From Dehalococcoidia bacterium (lineage in GTDB: Bacteria; Chloroflexota; Dehalococcoidia; Lucifugimonadales; Australimonadaceae), in assembly GCA_965201135.1 (NCBI GenBank), contig OZ241751.1, positions 86,706 through 150,705 on the forward strand: a stretch of DNA of 64,000 nucleotides, given 5' to 3'. The notes under the pieces are model-generated. The model had not been told where the DNA came from and made no database searches. It saw nothing but the letters and a program-made list of their open reading frames with translations. Shown in pieces: positions 25,997 to 36,481 of this stretch. The translations under genes and the position numbers were made by a program. Within the stretch, counting starts at the first letter, position 1. Each line of letters starts with the position of its first letter.

Positions 25997-27178
25997 TCAT
26001 TCCGCGAGCCCGCCCTCTTGGCCGAAGTCCATAAAGGAGCGGGGCTCCACCGGATCGCGGTGCTCGGTCGGCGTCTCGGTCTCTTCGACGCGCCTGAGGC
26101 TGAGGCCCAAGCGGTGGCGCTCCGGGTCGATGCTCACGACCTGCAGCGTCATCGTAGCGCCGATGCTCACGACTTCGCGCGGATGCCGAACGTGCGAATC
26201 GGAGAGTTCGGAAACGTGAATGAGCCCCTCGATGCCGTCCTCCACGCGGGCGAACGCCCCGAAGTCCGCGAAGTTGGTGATGGTGCCCGTGACCAGTTGG
26301 CCGACGCGGAGGTTGCGCGCCGCGGACTCCCACGGAGTCGGAACGAGGCGCCGGATGCTGAGCGCGATGCGCCTGTTCTCGCGGTCCACGCGCAGCACTT
26401 GCACGTCCACTTCCTGCCCCACGCTGAGGACGTCCGCCACGTTGCTGACGGGCGACCATGAGACCTCGGACACGTGCACGAGGCCGTCCGCCCCGCCGAT
26501 GTCCACGAAAGCGCCGAAGTTGGATATGCCGGAGACGCGCCCGCTCCGGACGTCGCCCTCCTGCAGCGTGTCCAGCAACTGATCCTTCAGCCCTTCGCGC
26601 TGCTCTTTGAGCGCGCCGCGCTCCGAGAGAACGACGCGGTTCCGCTTGCGGTTCACCTCGACGATCTTGAGGCGCACCTCCTCTCCGACGCGGTTGGCGA
26701 GGGCCGACGCGGGGTCGGAGCCCGGCGGGATGACCACTTGAGAGAGCGGAACGAAGCCCTGCAGGCCGTCCAAGTCCACGACGGCGCCGCCTTTGTTGTG
26801 CCCGGATATTTTCGCCGTGATGAATCCCTCGCCCTGCTCCGCCTCTTCGAGTTGCGTCCACGCGCCGTAGGCGCGGGCGCGGTCGACCGAGAGACGCGCC
26901 TGCCCCTCGGACCCTGATGCGTCCATCACGTAGACGTGGATGGCGTCGCCGACGCCGTAGTGCGCCGTCGGGTCGGGCGCGAGCGTCCGCATCTCGCGGG
27001 CGGGAACGATGCCCTCCGACTTGTAGCCCACGGAGACGAGGATGCCGTCGTGGTCGATCCCCATCACCTGGCCCTGAACGATGTCGCCGCGCCGAAGTTC
27101 CTGGGGGAGGGTCTCCTCCTGCAGGAGTTCGGCCATTGTGATTTCGCCGGGGCTGCCGGCGCCGGTCTGCTCGGTCAC
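25997..27178 (-). CDS. rpsA: 30S ribosomal protein S1-like (four S1 RNA-binding domains)
   Basis: 393 aa with repeated S1 OB-fold blocks: GDIVQGQVMGID..GILVSVG, ITAKISGHNKGGAVVDL, GRVSGISNFGAFVDIGG..GLVHVSE and VTGTITNFADFGAFARVE..GLIHVSE. Confidence 0.85.
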   Translation of the reverse strand: MTEQTGAGSPGEITMAELLQEETLPQELRRGDIVQGQVMGIDHDGILVSVGYKSEGIVPAREMRTLAPDPTAHYGVGDAIHVYVMDASGSEGQARLSVDRARAYGAWTQLEEAEQGEGFITAKISGHNKGGAVVDLDGLQGFVPLSQVVIPPGSDPASALANRVGEEVRLKIVEVNRKRNRVVLSERGALKEQREGLKDQLLDTLQEGDVRSGRVSGISNFGAFVDIGGADGLVHVSEVSWSPVSNVADVLSVGQEVDVQVLRVDRENRRIALSIRRLVPTPWESAARNLRVGQLVTGTITNFADFGAFARVEDGIEGLIHVSELSDSHVRHPREVVSIGATMTLQVVSIDPERHRLGLSLRRVEETETPTEHRDPVEPRSFMDFGQEGGLAE

Positions 27179-27357
27179 GATAACTCCGATGGATGCGAAC
27201 GCTCCAATAATAGCATTGTACGGAAGCGCGGCGGCGTTTGCCTACCCCCATCGGCGGCGTATTCATGCGTCAAACGGCGCGGCGTCCTCAATCAGCGCGC
27301 TCCAGCGCCGCTCGCCTCCGCCTCATGCCGGTTTCCAAACTATTCGCGGCGCCGCCC

Positions 27358-28155
27358 TTACCTCCCCGGGAACTGCGGCGCGCGTCTCTCGCGGAAAGCG
27401 CGAACGCCCTCGAGGAAGTCCGCGCTCGCGTCCGCTTCGTCCAGAGCGGCGAGACGCTCCGGCGGGACTTGCGCCGCCGCCCCGAACTCCAGTAAGTCGC
27501 GCAGAACCTGCTTATGCATCCGGTGCGACGTCGGCGAGAGCGACGCGACCTCATCCGCCAGTTCGCGTGCGCGGCCCGCCAACTCTTCAGGCTTCACGAC
27601 CATGTTGATCAGCCCGATTTCGGCGGCCCGCCTCGCCGGAATCGCCTGGCCGCTCAGCAGAAGGAGCGCCGTCTCCCCCGGCCCGGCGATCCGCAGCAAT
27701 CGGTCGACGTGGGCGTGAGAGATCGCAATGCCGCGCCGCGCGGCGGGAAGCCCGAACGAGGCGTCGATCGACGCGACGCGGATGTCGGCGCAGAGCGCCA
27801 GTTCCAACCCTCCCCCCAGACAGACCCCGCCCACGACGGCGATCGTCGGCTTGGAGAGACTCGCCAGCGCGTCGCACGCCGCGTGAACCGCCCGCCGGTA
27901 CTCCCTGGCGCGCTCCGGAGAACTCCGCGTCTCTTCGAAATCCGCGATGTCCGCCCCTGCGGAAAACGCCTGCGCGCCCGCCCCCGTCACGAGCGCGACG
28001 CGAACGGCGCCGTCCGCGTCCAACTGCGCCAGCAACTCAGGGAGCCGCAGCCACATTGCGTAGGATATGGCGTTGCGCTTCTCCGGGCGGTTGAGCGTGA
28101 GCGTTCCCACTGCGCCGTCGCGCTCCGTCAATAGCGCGTCTCGTCCATCGTTCAT
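27358..28155 (-). CDS. Enoyl-CoA hydratase/isomerase (crotonase) family protein
   Basis: 265 aa with GTLTLNRPEKRNAIS, TGAGAQAFSAGADI and VGGVCLGGGLELALCADIRVA. Confidence 0.85.
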   Translation of the reverse strand: MNDGRDALLTERDGAVGTLTLNRPEKRNAISYAMWLRLPELLAQLDADGAVRVALVTGAGAQAFSAGADIADFEETRSSPERAREYRRAVHAACDALASLSKPTIAVVGGVCLGGGLELALCADIRVASIDASFGLPAARRGIAISHAHVDRLLRIAGPGETALLLLSGQAIPARRAAEIGLINMVVKPEELAGRARELADEVASLSPTSHRMHKQVLRDLLEFGAAAQVPPERLAALDEADASADFLEGVRAFRERRAPQFPGR

Positions 28156-28205
28156 GCGCGCACTATATCAGCGTTCCGTCTCGCCCTTCGCGTGCAGGCG
28201 GTTGA

Positions 28206-29636
28206 TCACGCGCCGCCTCCGGATGCGCGACGCTCTCCTCGCAGCAGCGGAAGGAGCGCGCCGACGTCCGGCAAATCATCGAGGCTCTCCACTGCGGCGA
28301 TGACCTCGCCAATTGCCCGGTCGTCGAGGGGAGTTCCGGCGTGGAGGGCGCAATCGCGGAATTTTTGACGGCGCTGGCCGTCGGCGAGCGGGTTGTCGCG
28401 GTGGCCTCGCGGGGCGTCCACGCGCGCGCTGAACGTCTCGCCGCTCTCCAGCGTGACCTCCACCACGCCGGACTTGCCCAGGGACTCGTCCACTTCGTAC
28501 TCGGTTCGGTTGGCGACGCGGAGCGCGGACTCATCGAACAGCCCTTGCGCGGTGGGCTGAAGGTCGGCGAGCGTGACGCCGCCGGCGATGAGGGCGCGCG
28601 CGGTTGCGAAGATGACGGAGTCCTCCGCCTCGACGGGCGACCGGGGGTTGCGGCGAACCTGCAGCGGCTCGCAGAACGTTCGAATATGCGGCTCGCCGCG
28701 CACAAGCACGCGCGCGACGACGGACGGCGGCGGCGAATGGGCGGCCCGAATGTTCGCGGCGGCTTCGATGAAGACGTGCGCGACCCCGGTCGTGGGCCAC
28801 GGCTTCAGCCCTGTGTTCAGCAGAAGCCACTCGCCGCCGAGTCCGTCGCTCATCACGGGGCGATGGAACGCGCCGCCGTAGTAGGTGGGGAAGAAGCCCG
28901 CCTTGCCCTCGAAGGCGTCGCAGTCTCCCAGCAGCCCCTCGCGCGCCAGCAGCGCGCTCAACATCCCGGCGTGGCAGGAGAATGCGGCGTAGACCGCCTT
29001 GGCGGGACGCCCCTCGAGCACGGGCTGGCGTCCGCCGGACGCTTGCATAAAGGCGAGGCCGAGCGCCGAATGCGTCTCTTGGGGCGTGAAGCCCAGCGCG
29101 CGGGACGCGCTCATCGCGGCGGCGAAACAGCCCGGCATCTGCGTAGGCTGCGGTTTGGATTCGGTGAACGCGCTCCCCGCCGCAGCCAGCGACGCCCCGA
29201 TGCGCGCCATCAACTCCATCCCCACGGCAAGCGCCGCCATAAACTCCTTGCCGGACACGCCGCCCCGCAACTCGGCGGCGGCGAGCGCGGTCGGGAGCGT
29301 GACGGGCCCGAGGTGGCCGGAGCCGACGGCAGTCGTGTCGTCGAAGTTGAGCGCGTGCGCCATCCCGCCGTTGACCATCGCCGCGGATGCCGCCGGCAGC
29401 GCGTCCGGCAGGCCGATGAGCGAGGCTTGGGGCGCGCCCCCCGCCGTCCGAGCCCACGCAAGCAACTGAGGGACGCCCACTCCGAGCGTGTTGGCGGCGA
29501 GCGCGACGCCCAGCGTGTCGAGCGTCAGGTCGCGGACGGTTCGGCGCGCCTGCTCCGGCAGGTCGTCGTAGGTCAGTTCCGCGCCGAATCGCGCCCAAAG
29601 CGAAGCCAGTTCTTCCGCGCCTCCGCGCCGCGCCAT
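28206..29636 (-). CDS. MmgE/PrpD-family protein (2-methylcitrate dehydratase-like)
   Basis: 476 aa with N-terminal DLPEQARRTVRDLTLDTLGVALA and NGGMAHALNFDD. Size and layout fit the family. Confidence 0.8.
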   Translation of the reverse strand: MARRGGAEELASLWARFGAELTYDDLPEQARRTVRDLTLDTLGVALAANTLGVGVPQLLAWARTAGGAPQASLIGLPDALPAASAAMVNGGMAHALNFDDTTAVGSGHLGPVTLPTALAAAELRGGVSGKEFMAALAVGMELMARIGASLAAAGSAFTESKPQPTQMPGCFAAAMSASRALGFTPQETHSALGLAFMQASGGRQPVLEGRPAKAVYAAFSCHAGMLSALLAREGLLGDCDAFEGKAGFFPTYYGGAFHRPVMSDGLGGEWLLLNTGLKPWPTTGVAHVFIEAAANIRAAHSPPPSVVARVLVRGEPHIRTFCEPLQVRRNPRSPVEAEDSVIFATARALIAGGVTLADLQPTAQGLFDESALRVANRTEYEVDESLGKSGVVEVTLESGETFSARVDAPRGHRDNPLADGQRRQKFRDCALHAGTPLDDRAIGEVIAAVESLDDLPDVGALLPLLRGERRASGGGA

Positions 29637-29664
29637 ACAGATTCTCCTCGCATGCGCTCTCAGA

Positions 29665-30696
29665 TCACCGATCGTAGGCCGGAACGGTGTCGATCCACAG
29701 CCCCCCGGTTTCCGCGATGTAGGCGATCTTCTTTACGTCGGCTATGTCCATGCCGTAAGGGATTGCCCTGTAGATTGCGAACTGCTCCCTGTCGGAGTCG
29801 CTGACGTCGCGGCGGTTGTAACTGCTGTAGCGCGCCATCAGGCTCGGCCCCGTCACGTGCCCCATCGCCGTCAGCGCGTGCACCAGTTCGTGCGTGATCG
29901 TCGCGTTCAGGTTGCTGCTTTGCCCCGCCACGACGATGCGCGCGACCGCGAACTTGTGCCGGTAGCGCCACCACTCCGCGTACCCCAGCCGGTCGCTGCC
30001 TAAGAGGTCGTCGTCTCTGAACTCCACGAGGATGGCGTTGTCGCCGAGAACCTCGTTGTAGTTGTCGCGATCGGCCTTGCTCATATCGCTCGCGTCGATC
30101 ACGTTGAACTCGTAGCCAAGCAATTCGCCCAACTGCTCCAGCGCGTTGTCCAGCCTGTTCCTGAAGCCCACCTCCGTGTAGAAGTGAACGTCAATCGTCC
30201 CGGGCCATTTCAGCACGACGTCGAAACGCCAACCGCACGCGCCGTCCGACCCGTCCTCCGGCCTGTCGAAGAAGCAGTTCCACGCCTTCTTCGTCGCGTA
30301 GATCGGCATCGGCGTCGGGGTAGGCGACGGCGTAGGCGTGAAGGTTGGCGTCGCCGTCGGCGTCGGCGTGAGCGTAGGAGTCGGCGACGGCGTAGGCGTA
30401 ATCGTAGGCGTCGCCGTCGGGGTAGGCGTGAGCGTTGGGGTCGGCGACGGCGTGGGCGTGAGCGTTGGCGTCGGGGTAAGCGTCGGCGTGGAGGTGGGAG
30501 TCGCCGTCGGCGTAGGCGTGGGGATTGGCGACGGCGTCGGGGTAAGCGTCGGGGTCGGCGTGAGCGTGAGCGTTGGGGACGGCGCAGGCGCGATCGTGGC
30601 GGTCGGGGGCGGCGTCGGCGTGGGAGCGCTTTGGCAGGCCGCGAGCGCGGCGGCGAGGGAGAGAACGCAGGCGGGAAGGAGGGCGGCGCGGCGCAT
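29665..30696 (-). CDS. Lipoprotein with a long Pro/Thr-rich linker and a C-terminal HExxH putative zinc-metallopeptidase domain
   Basis: Signal + lipobox [21 protein letters not shown]. About 110 aa of PTPT/PSPT repeats, then [14 protein letters not shown]. Confidence 0.6.
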   Translation of the reverse strand: MRRAALLPACVLSLAAALAACQSAPTPTPPPTATIAPAPSPTLTLTPTPTLTPTPSPIPTPTPTATPTSTPTLTPTPTLTPTPSPTPTLTPTPTATPTITPTPSPTPTLTPTPTATPTFTPTPSPTPTPMPIYATKKAWNCFFDRPEDGSDGACGWRFDVVLKWPGTIDVHFYTEVGFRNRLDNALEQLGELLGYEFNVIDASDMSKADRDNYNEVLGDNAILVEFRDDDLLGSDRLGYAEWWRYRHKFAVARIVVAGQSSNLNATITHELVHALTAMGHVTGPSLMARYSSYNRRDVSDSDREQFAIYRAIPYGMDIADVKKIAYIAETGGLWIDTVPAYDR

Positions 30697-30746
30697 AACG
30701 CGAGTCTAGCATAGCTCCGGGTCGCCTCTGCTAGACTGCGCCCGCA

Positions 30747-31886
30747 ATGACTCGCCCCGGCGGCAAAGCGGCCTACGTCTACGCCGACGCGCTTTCGCGC
30801 CACGTCCTGCGCGACGACCATCCGATGCGCCCCGTCCGCCTGCGCCATACGCACGCGCTCCTCGAATCCTACGGCGCGTTCGAGGACGAGCGCGCAATGC
30901 TCGTTCCGCCGCGCCCCGCGACCGTTGAGGAGTTGACGACGTTCCATACGGAGGAGTACGTCGAGGCGGTCAGACGTCTCAGCGGCGGCGAGAACGACCC
31001 GGAGGCGGCGGAGCGGCACGGCTTCTCGGCGGAGGGCGACAACCCCGTCTACGCAGGAATGTACGAGGCGGCGCTGCTCTCGACCGGCGCGTCCGTTCAG
31101 GCGGCGGAGTTGATCGCCGACGGCGCGGCGCAAGCGGCGTTCGCCCCGGCCGGCGGCCTGCACCACGCGATGCGCGGCTGGGCGTCCGGCTTCTGCGTCT
31201 TCAACGACCCGGTCGTCGCCATTAACGCGCTCCGCAAACGCGGCCTCCGCGTCGCCTACGTGGACATTGACGCGCACCATGGCGACGGCGTGCAAGCCGC
31301 CTTCTACCGCGACGCAGACGTTCTCACGATCTCCGTGCACGAGGGCGGGCGGTGGCTCTTCCCCGGCACGGGCGCGGTCGCGGAGACCGGCGCGGGCGAA
31401 GGCGCGGGCTTCTCCGTCAATCTCCCGCTCTTCCCCTACACCGGAGACGACGCGTACCTCGAGGCGTTCGACGCGGTCGTTCCGCCGCTGATCGAGGCGT
31501 TCGCGCCGGACGTTCTCGCCGCGCAACTTGGCGCCGACGCATACGTGAACGATCCGCTGACGCATCTCGCGCTCAGCGCGCAGGGATACGCGGCGGTCGT
31601 GGAGCGCTTGGGCGCGACGGGGCTGCCGTTGCTCGCGTTCGGCGGAGGCGGATACGACCTCGACGCTACGCCGCGCTGCTGGACGCTCGCCTACGGCGTT
31701 ATGCTGGACCGCCATTGGCCGGACGAATTGCCGGAAGGGGCGGACGCCTTTCTGCGGAGCCCGCGCCTGCGGGACGCCGACCCGCCGGCGCTTGACCCGG
31801 CGACGCAGGAGAAGGCGCGGGACTACGCGATGCGGCAAGTCGCCGAGTTGCGGCGGCTCGTCTTTCCCGCGCATGGGCTCGCCTGA
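30747..31886 (+). CDS. Histone deacetylase-superfamily enzyme (AcuC / acetoin-utilisation-type deacetylase)
   Basis: 379 aa with PAGGLHHA, SGFCVFND and VDIDAHHGDGVQAAFY. Confidence 0.85.
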   Translation: MTRPGGKAAYVYADALSRHVLRDDHPMRPVRLRHTHALLESYGAFEDERAMLVPPRPATVEELTTFHTEEYVEAVRRLSGGENDPEAAERHGFSAEGDNPVYAGMYEAALLSTGASVQAAELIADGAAQAAFAPAGGLHHAMRGWASGFCVFNDPVVAINALRKRGLRVAYVDIDAHHGDGVQAAFYRDADVLTISVHEGGRWLFPGTGAVAETGAGEGAGFSVNLPLFPYTGDDAYLEAFDAVVPPLIEAFAPDVLAAQLGADAYVNDPLTHLALSAQGYAAVVERLGATGLPLLAFGGGGYDLDATPRCWTLAYGVMLDRHWPDELPEGADAFLRSPRLRDADPPALDPATQEKARDYAMRQVAELRRLVFPAHGLA

Positions 31887-31926
31887 CCCGCTCAGACGGC
31901 AGGCGAAAGCGGTAGAATCGGGCGCC

Positions 31927-32277
31927 GTGAAGGTGGGCGACGCGATAAAGAAGCCGTGGGGCGGCGAGGTCATCCTCGACCTCTGCGCCGCCTATTGCGT
32001 CAAGCATCTGCGCGTCCGGCGAGGCCATCGCCTCAGCCTGCAGTACCACGAGCGCAAGCGCGAGACGCTGACGCTCATCAGCGGCGAGGCCATGCTTACG
32101 CTCGTCGTGGACGGCGTCCGCCGGGAGATTCCGATGCGGCGCGGCGAGTCCTGCGTCATCGAGCCGGGCGTCGTCCACCGTGTCGCGGGCGTCTCCGAAG
32201 AGGACGCCGTCATTCTCGAGGTCAGCACGACGGAGTTGGACGACGTCGTGCGCCTCGAGGACGACTACGGACGATAG
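31927..32277 (+). CDS. Cupin-domain protein (mannose-6-phosphate isomerase type II C-terminal-like)
   Basis: KKPWGGEVIL..VKHLRVRRGHRLSLQYHERKRETLTLISGEA..VHRV..ILEVSTTELDDVVRLEDDYGR. The start is set at the in-frame GTG at 31927, after the upstream gene ends. The track ORF from 31792 overlaps that gene. Confidence 0.7.
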   Translation: MKVGDAIKKPWGGEVILDLCAAYCVKHLRVRRGHRLSLQYHERKRETLTLISGEAMLTLVVDGVRREIPMRRGESCVIEPGVVHRVAGVSEEDAVILEVSTTELDDVVRLEDDYGR

Positions 32278-32309
32278 GCGGCGCGGCTAGCCCGACCGCA
32301 GGGACTCGG

Positions 32310-34229
<1,920 letters not shown>

Positions 34230-34258
34230 TGCTCGATGCGCTCCTTGCGTTCCGAATG

Positions 34259-34807
34259 TTAGGTATTGTCGTTGTTCGCGCCGCCGCTTGCGGGGTCCGG
34301 GGCGCCGCCGGAGACGACGACCTGGGCGGCGCGCAGCACGCGGTCGGCGCCGCTGTAGCCCGGGCTGACGGTTTCGAGGACGGCGCCCGCCGGATGCTCC
34401 GCGCTGGGGCGGGACGCGACGGCCTCCTGCCGCGCCGGATCGAACGGGTCGCCGGGCGCGGGCTCGTAGGGCGTCACGCCTTCCGACTCCAGCAGCGCGA
34501 GCGCGTTCTGCCGGATGAGGCGGGCGCCGGCGGCCCACTCGCCGGGCGCGTCCGGCGGGAGGGCGTCCACGGCGCGGCGGAGGTCGTCCACGATGGGCAG
34601 CAGTTTGGCGATGACGACGCGGGAGGCGCTGCGCGCCAGCGCCCATCGCTCCTCCTCCGTTCTGCGCTTGTAGTTCACGAGGTCGGCTTGGGCGCGCTGA
34701 GCGACCGCTTTCATCTCGTCGCGCTCGCGCTCCGCTCGGGCCAGGGGGTCTTCAGGGGCCGCGCCGCCGTCCTCGCCGTGCTGGGTCTGCTCTTCTTGCG
34801 TAGTCAT
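34259..34807 (-). CDS. grpE: Nucleotide exchange factor GrpE
   Basis: 182 aa with [18 protein letters not shown] and [11 protein letters not shown]. It lies immediately upstream of dnaK. Confidence 0.9.
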   Translation of the reverse strand: MTTQEEQTQHGEDGGAAPEDPLARAERERDEMKAVAQRAQADLVNYKRRTEEERWALARSASRVVIAKLLPIVDDLRRAVDALPPDAPGEWAAGARLIRQNALALLESEGVTPYEPAPGDPFDPARQEAVASRPSAEHPAGAVLETVSPGYSGADRVLRAAQVVVSGGAPDPASGGANNDNT

Positions 34808-35346
34808 TCGCTTCGCCCGTCGTCCCCCGCGCCGGGCCGCTTGACCGCGCCCGCTCCGAGGAACATCTCGATAATGTCTTGCATCGCCTGCTCGAAGGGG
34901 AGCGCGCCGCGCTGGGGCGAGGAGCGCCGGGCGGGGGCGCGGGCGGCCTCCGCCGCCTCCGCGAGCCGGTCGAACACGGCCATCGCCATCTCCACGCCCG
35001 CGAGGTTCAGGCGGGCGTTGTCCACGAGGTGCTTGATCATCCGCAGTTTGGCGATGTCGCGCTCCGAGTAGAGGCGGAGCATTCCGATGGTTCGCGTGGG
35101 ACGGATGAGTCCGGCGCGCTCGTACTTGCGGAGCGTTTGGGGGTGCATCCGCAGGATGCGGGCGGCGACGCTGATGATGTAGAGGCCCTCTTCCGGCGCA
35201 TCCGCGGCTTCGGGGCGCGGCGCGGCGCCGGGGGGCGCTTGAGGCGTCCGCCTCGCCGGGGGAGCGGCGCGCTCTCCTTCGCCGAAGGTTACGCGAAAGA
35301 CGGGCGCGACGCGCTCCGCGCTCGTAGGTCTGCGTCTCTCCTGCAT
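34804..35346 (-). CDS. hspR: MerR-family heat-shock repressor HspR
   Basis: LYIISVAARILRMHPQTLRKYERAGLIRPTRTIGMLRLYSERDIAKLRMIKHL. Its stop overlaps the grpE start (ATGA). The ATG at 35346 is preferred, because the longer ORF to 35412 runs through a degenerate R1 repeat. Confidence 0.8.
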   Translation of the reverse strand: MQERRRPTSAERVAPVFRVTFGEGERAAPPARRTPQAPPGAAPRPEAADAPEEGLYIISVAARILRMHPQTLRKYERAGLIRPTRTIGMLRLYSERDIAKLRMIKHLVDNARLNLAGVEMAMAVFDRLAEAAEAARAPARRSSPQRGALPFEQAMQDIIEMFLGAGAVKRPGAGDDGRSE

Positions 35347-35469
35347 TGCCGTCCTCTCGGAATCGGAGCGTCCGAGGCGCCCTTGCGCCGTCCGCCGGAT
35401 TCCCGCCCGCACGGGAACGACGATTCTAGGCCGCGCGAGGGCTCTTCGTGAATTCGCGGGACAACTCGT

Positions 35470-35508
35470 ATGCTACACGTTGACATAGCGCGTGTCAAGC
35501 CTTATCAT
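35470..35508. promoter_or_regulatory. Palindromic divergent promoter pair with a HAIR-like HspR operator
   Basis: TTGACA-TAGCGCG-TGTCAA lies at 35480..35498. On the minus strand it reads CTTGACA-N7-TGTCAAC, compared with the HAIR consensus CTTGAGT-N7-ACTCAAG. Plus strand: TTGACA-17 nt-TATCAT (35503..35508). Minus strand: TTGACA-17 nt-TAGCAT (35475..35470). Confidence 0.55.
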
Positions 35509-35612
35509 ACGCAATGAGCGACGCGGGCGAGCCTTCGTCTGACCGGGAAATCCAAACCGCCCGCCGGAGCGTAATTGCCGTCACAAGGATCAGACGAGGG
35601 AGGAGGTAGGCG

Positions 35613-35810
35613 ATGATGGTCTATATGAAAGCGTGCCAGCGGTGCCGGGGCGACCTGCGGAAGTCCGGCGATATGTACGGCCCGTACCTGCAGTGCGTGC
35701 AGTGCGGCCGCATCGTCGACCTCCCGGACGACCGGCTCGCCAAGACCGCCGCGGCCAAGTCCCTGGTTCGGCTGCACAGCGGCGCCGCCTCCAAGAGGCC
35801 CGCCGCCTAG
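35613..35810 (+). CDS. Small zinc-ribbon protein (65 aa), function unknown
   Basis: Strong SD GGGAGGAGG lies 6 nt before the ATG. CQRCRG..(17 aa)..CVQCG forms a CxxC-CxxC pair. Confidence 0.6.
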   Translation: MMVYMKACQRCRGDLRKSGDMYGPYLQCVQCGRIVDLPDDRLAKTAAAKSLVRLHSGAASKRPAA

Positions 35811-35862
35811 CCGGGCCGCCGCGACGGCTGCGTGCCCTTCACCCTCCGCTTCGTGGCGTAGA

Positions 35863-35900
35863 GAGAGGCGGATCCGGCGCCTGCGCGCCATCCGCCTCTC
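35863..35900 (+). terminator. Long perfect hairpin downstream of the zinc-ribbon ORF
   Basis: GAGAGGCGGAT..(inner GGCGC-CTGC-GCGCC)..ATCCGCCTCTC. There is no U-tract. Confidence 0.35.
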
Positions 35901-35929
35901 GCCTACGCGGGAACCTGCCCAAGCCCAAT

Positions 35930-36145
35930 GCGACATCCGCCCCTTGCGCCGTCCGCCCCGCCTCCTCTACGCTGGCTCTATGACCCCGCGCTCGAACCCA
36001 ACGACGGACGGACGCCCCCTGACGGCGGGTGGCACCATTTGGCCCCATTTCCGCTCCAAACGCCCCCATTTCCGCCCCAAAACGGCCCCAAACAGGCCCT
36101 CCAGCGGACCCGGCGCTAGGAGTAAATGGTGCCAAATGGAGCCAC
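35930..36145 (+). repeat. R5 repeat family (about 220 bp), copy B
   Basis: Starts GCGACATCCGCCCCTTGCGCCGTCCGCC. The inner element is bounded by 22-nt inverted arms: GTGGCACCATTTGGCCCCATTT (36029..36050) and AAATGGTGCCAAATGGAGCCAC (36124..36145). Confidence 0.7.
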
Positions 36146-36280
36146 AATTAAGGCAGAGTGTCCCCCTTGCCCCGCTCCCCCCCCAGCCCCACGCCGCCCC
36201 TTGCGCCGCCCGCCCATACTCCGTACACTAGGGCGCGGCCCGACAAGACCGGCGCTTGGCGCGCCAGGAGTTGCAATCCG

Positions 36281-36481
36281 ATGAACGCCCGATCTCTGCT
36301 GACGATGGCCGCCATCTGGCTGTTCCTCGTCGTCGTCCCCTACCTGCTCGGCCCGGTTTGGCTCGGCGGAAGCCTCGACGGCAGTTTCGTCGTCGCCTAT
36401 ATGATCTGGTTCGTCATCGCCGCCACGCTCACCGCCGCGGCCTACGCGATGCACGTTAGGGAGTCGCAACGCCGCGAGTAG
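36281..36481 (+). CDS. Small membrane protein (66 aa, two predicted TM helices)
   Basis: ATG 10 nt after AGGAG. MNARSLLTMAAIWLFLVVVPYLLGPVWLGG..FVVAYMIWFVIAATLTAAAYAM. The track ORF from 36158 runs through repeat R5. Confidence 0.5.
   Translation: MNARSLLTMAAIWLFLVVVPYLLGPVWLGGSLDGSFVVAYMIWFVIAATLTAAAYAMHVRESQRRE

Noticed and set aside
35944-36231. Apparently homologous small ORFs inside R5 repeats (35944..36231 and 60300..60494, MRRPP..LYA..MT.R.NP..).
   Set aside because: The similarity follows from nucleotide identity of the repeat. Start codons are not conserved (ATG versus TTG, and absent in copy A), frames end at different points, and the composition is Pro/Arg-rich.
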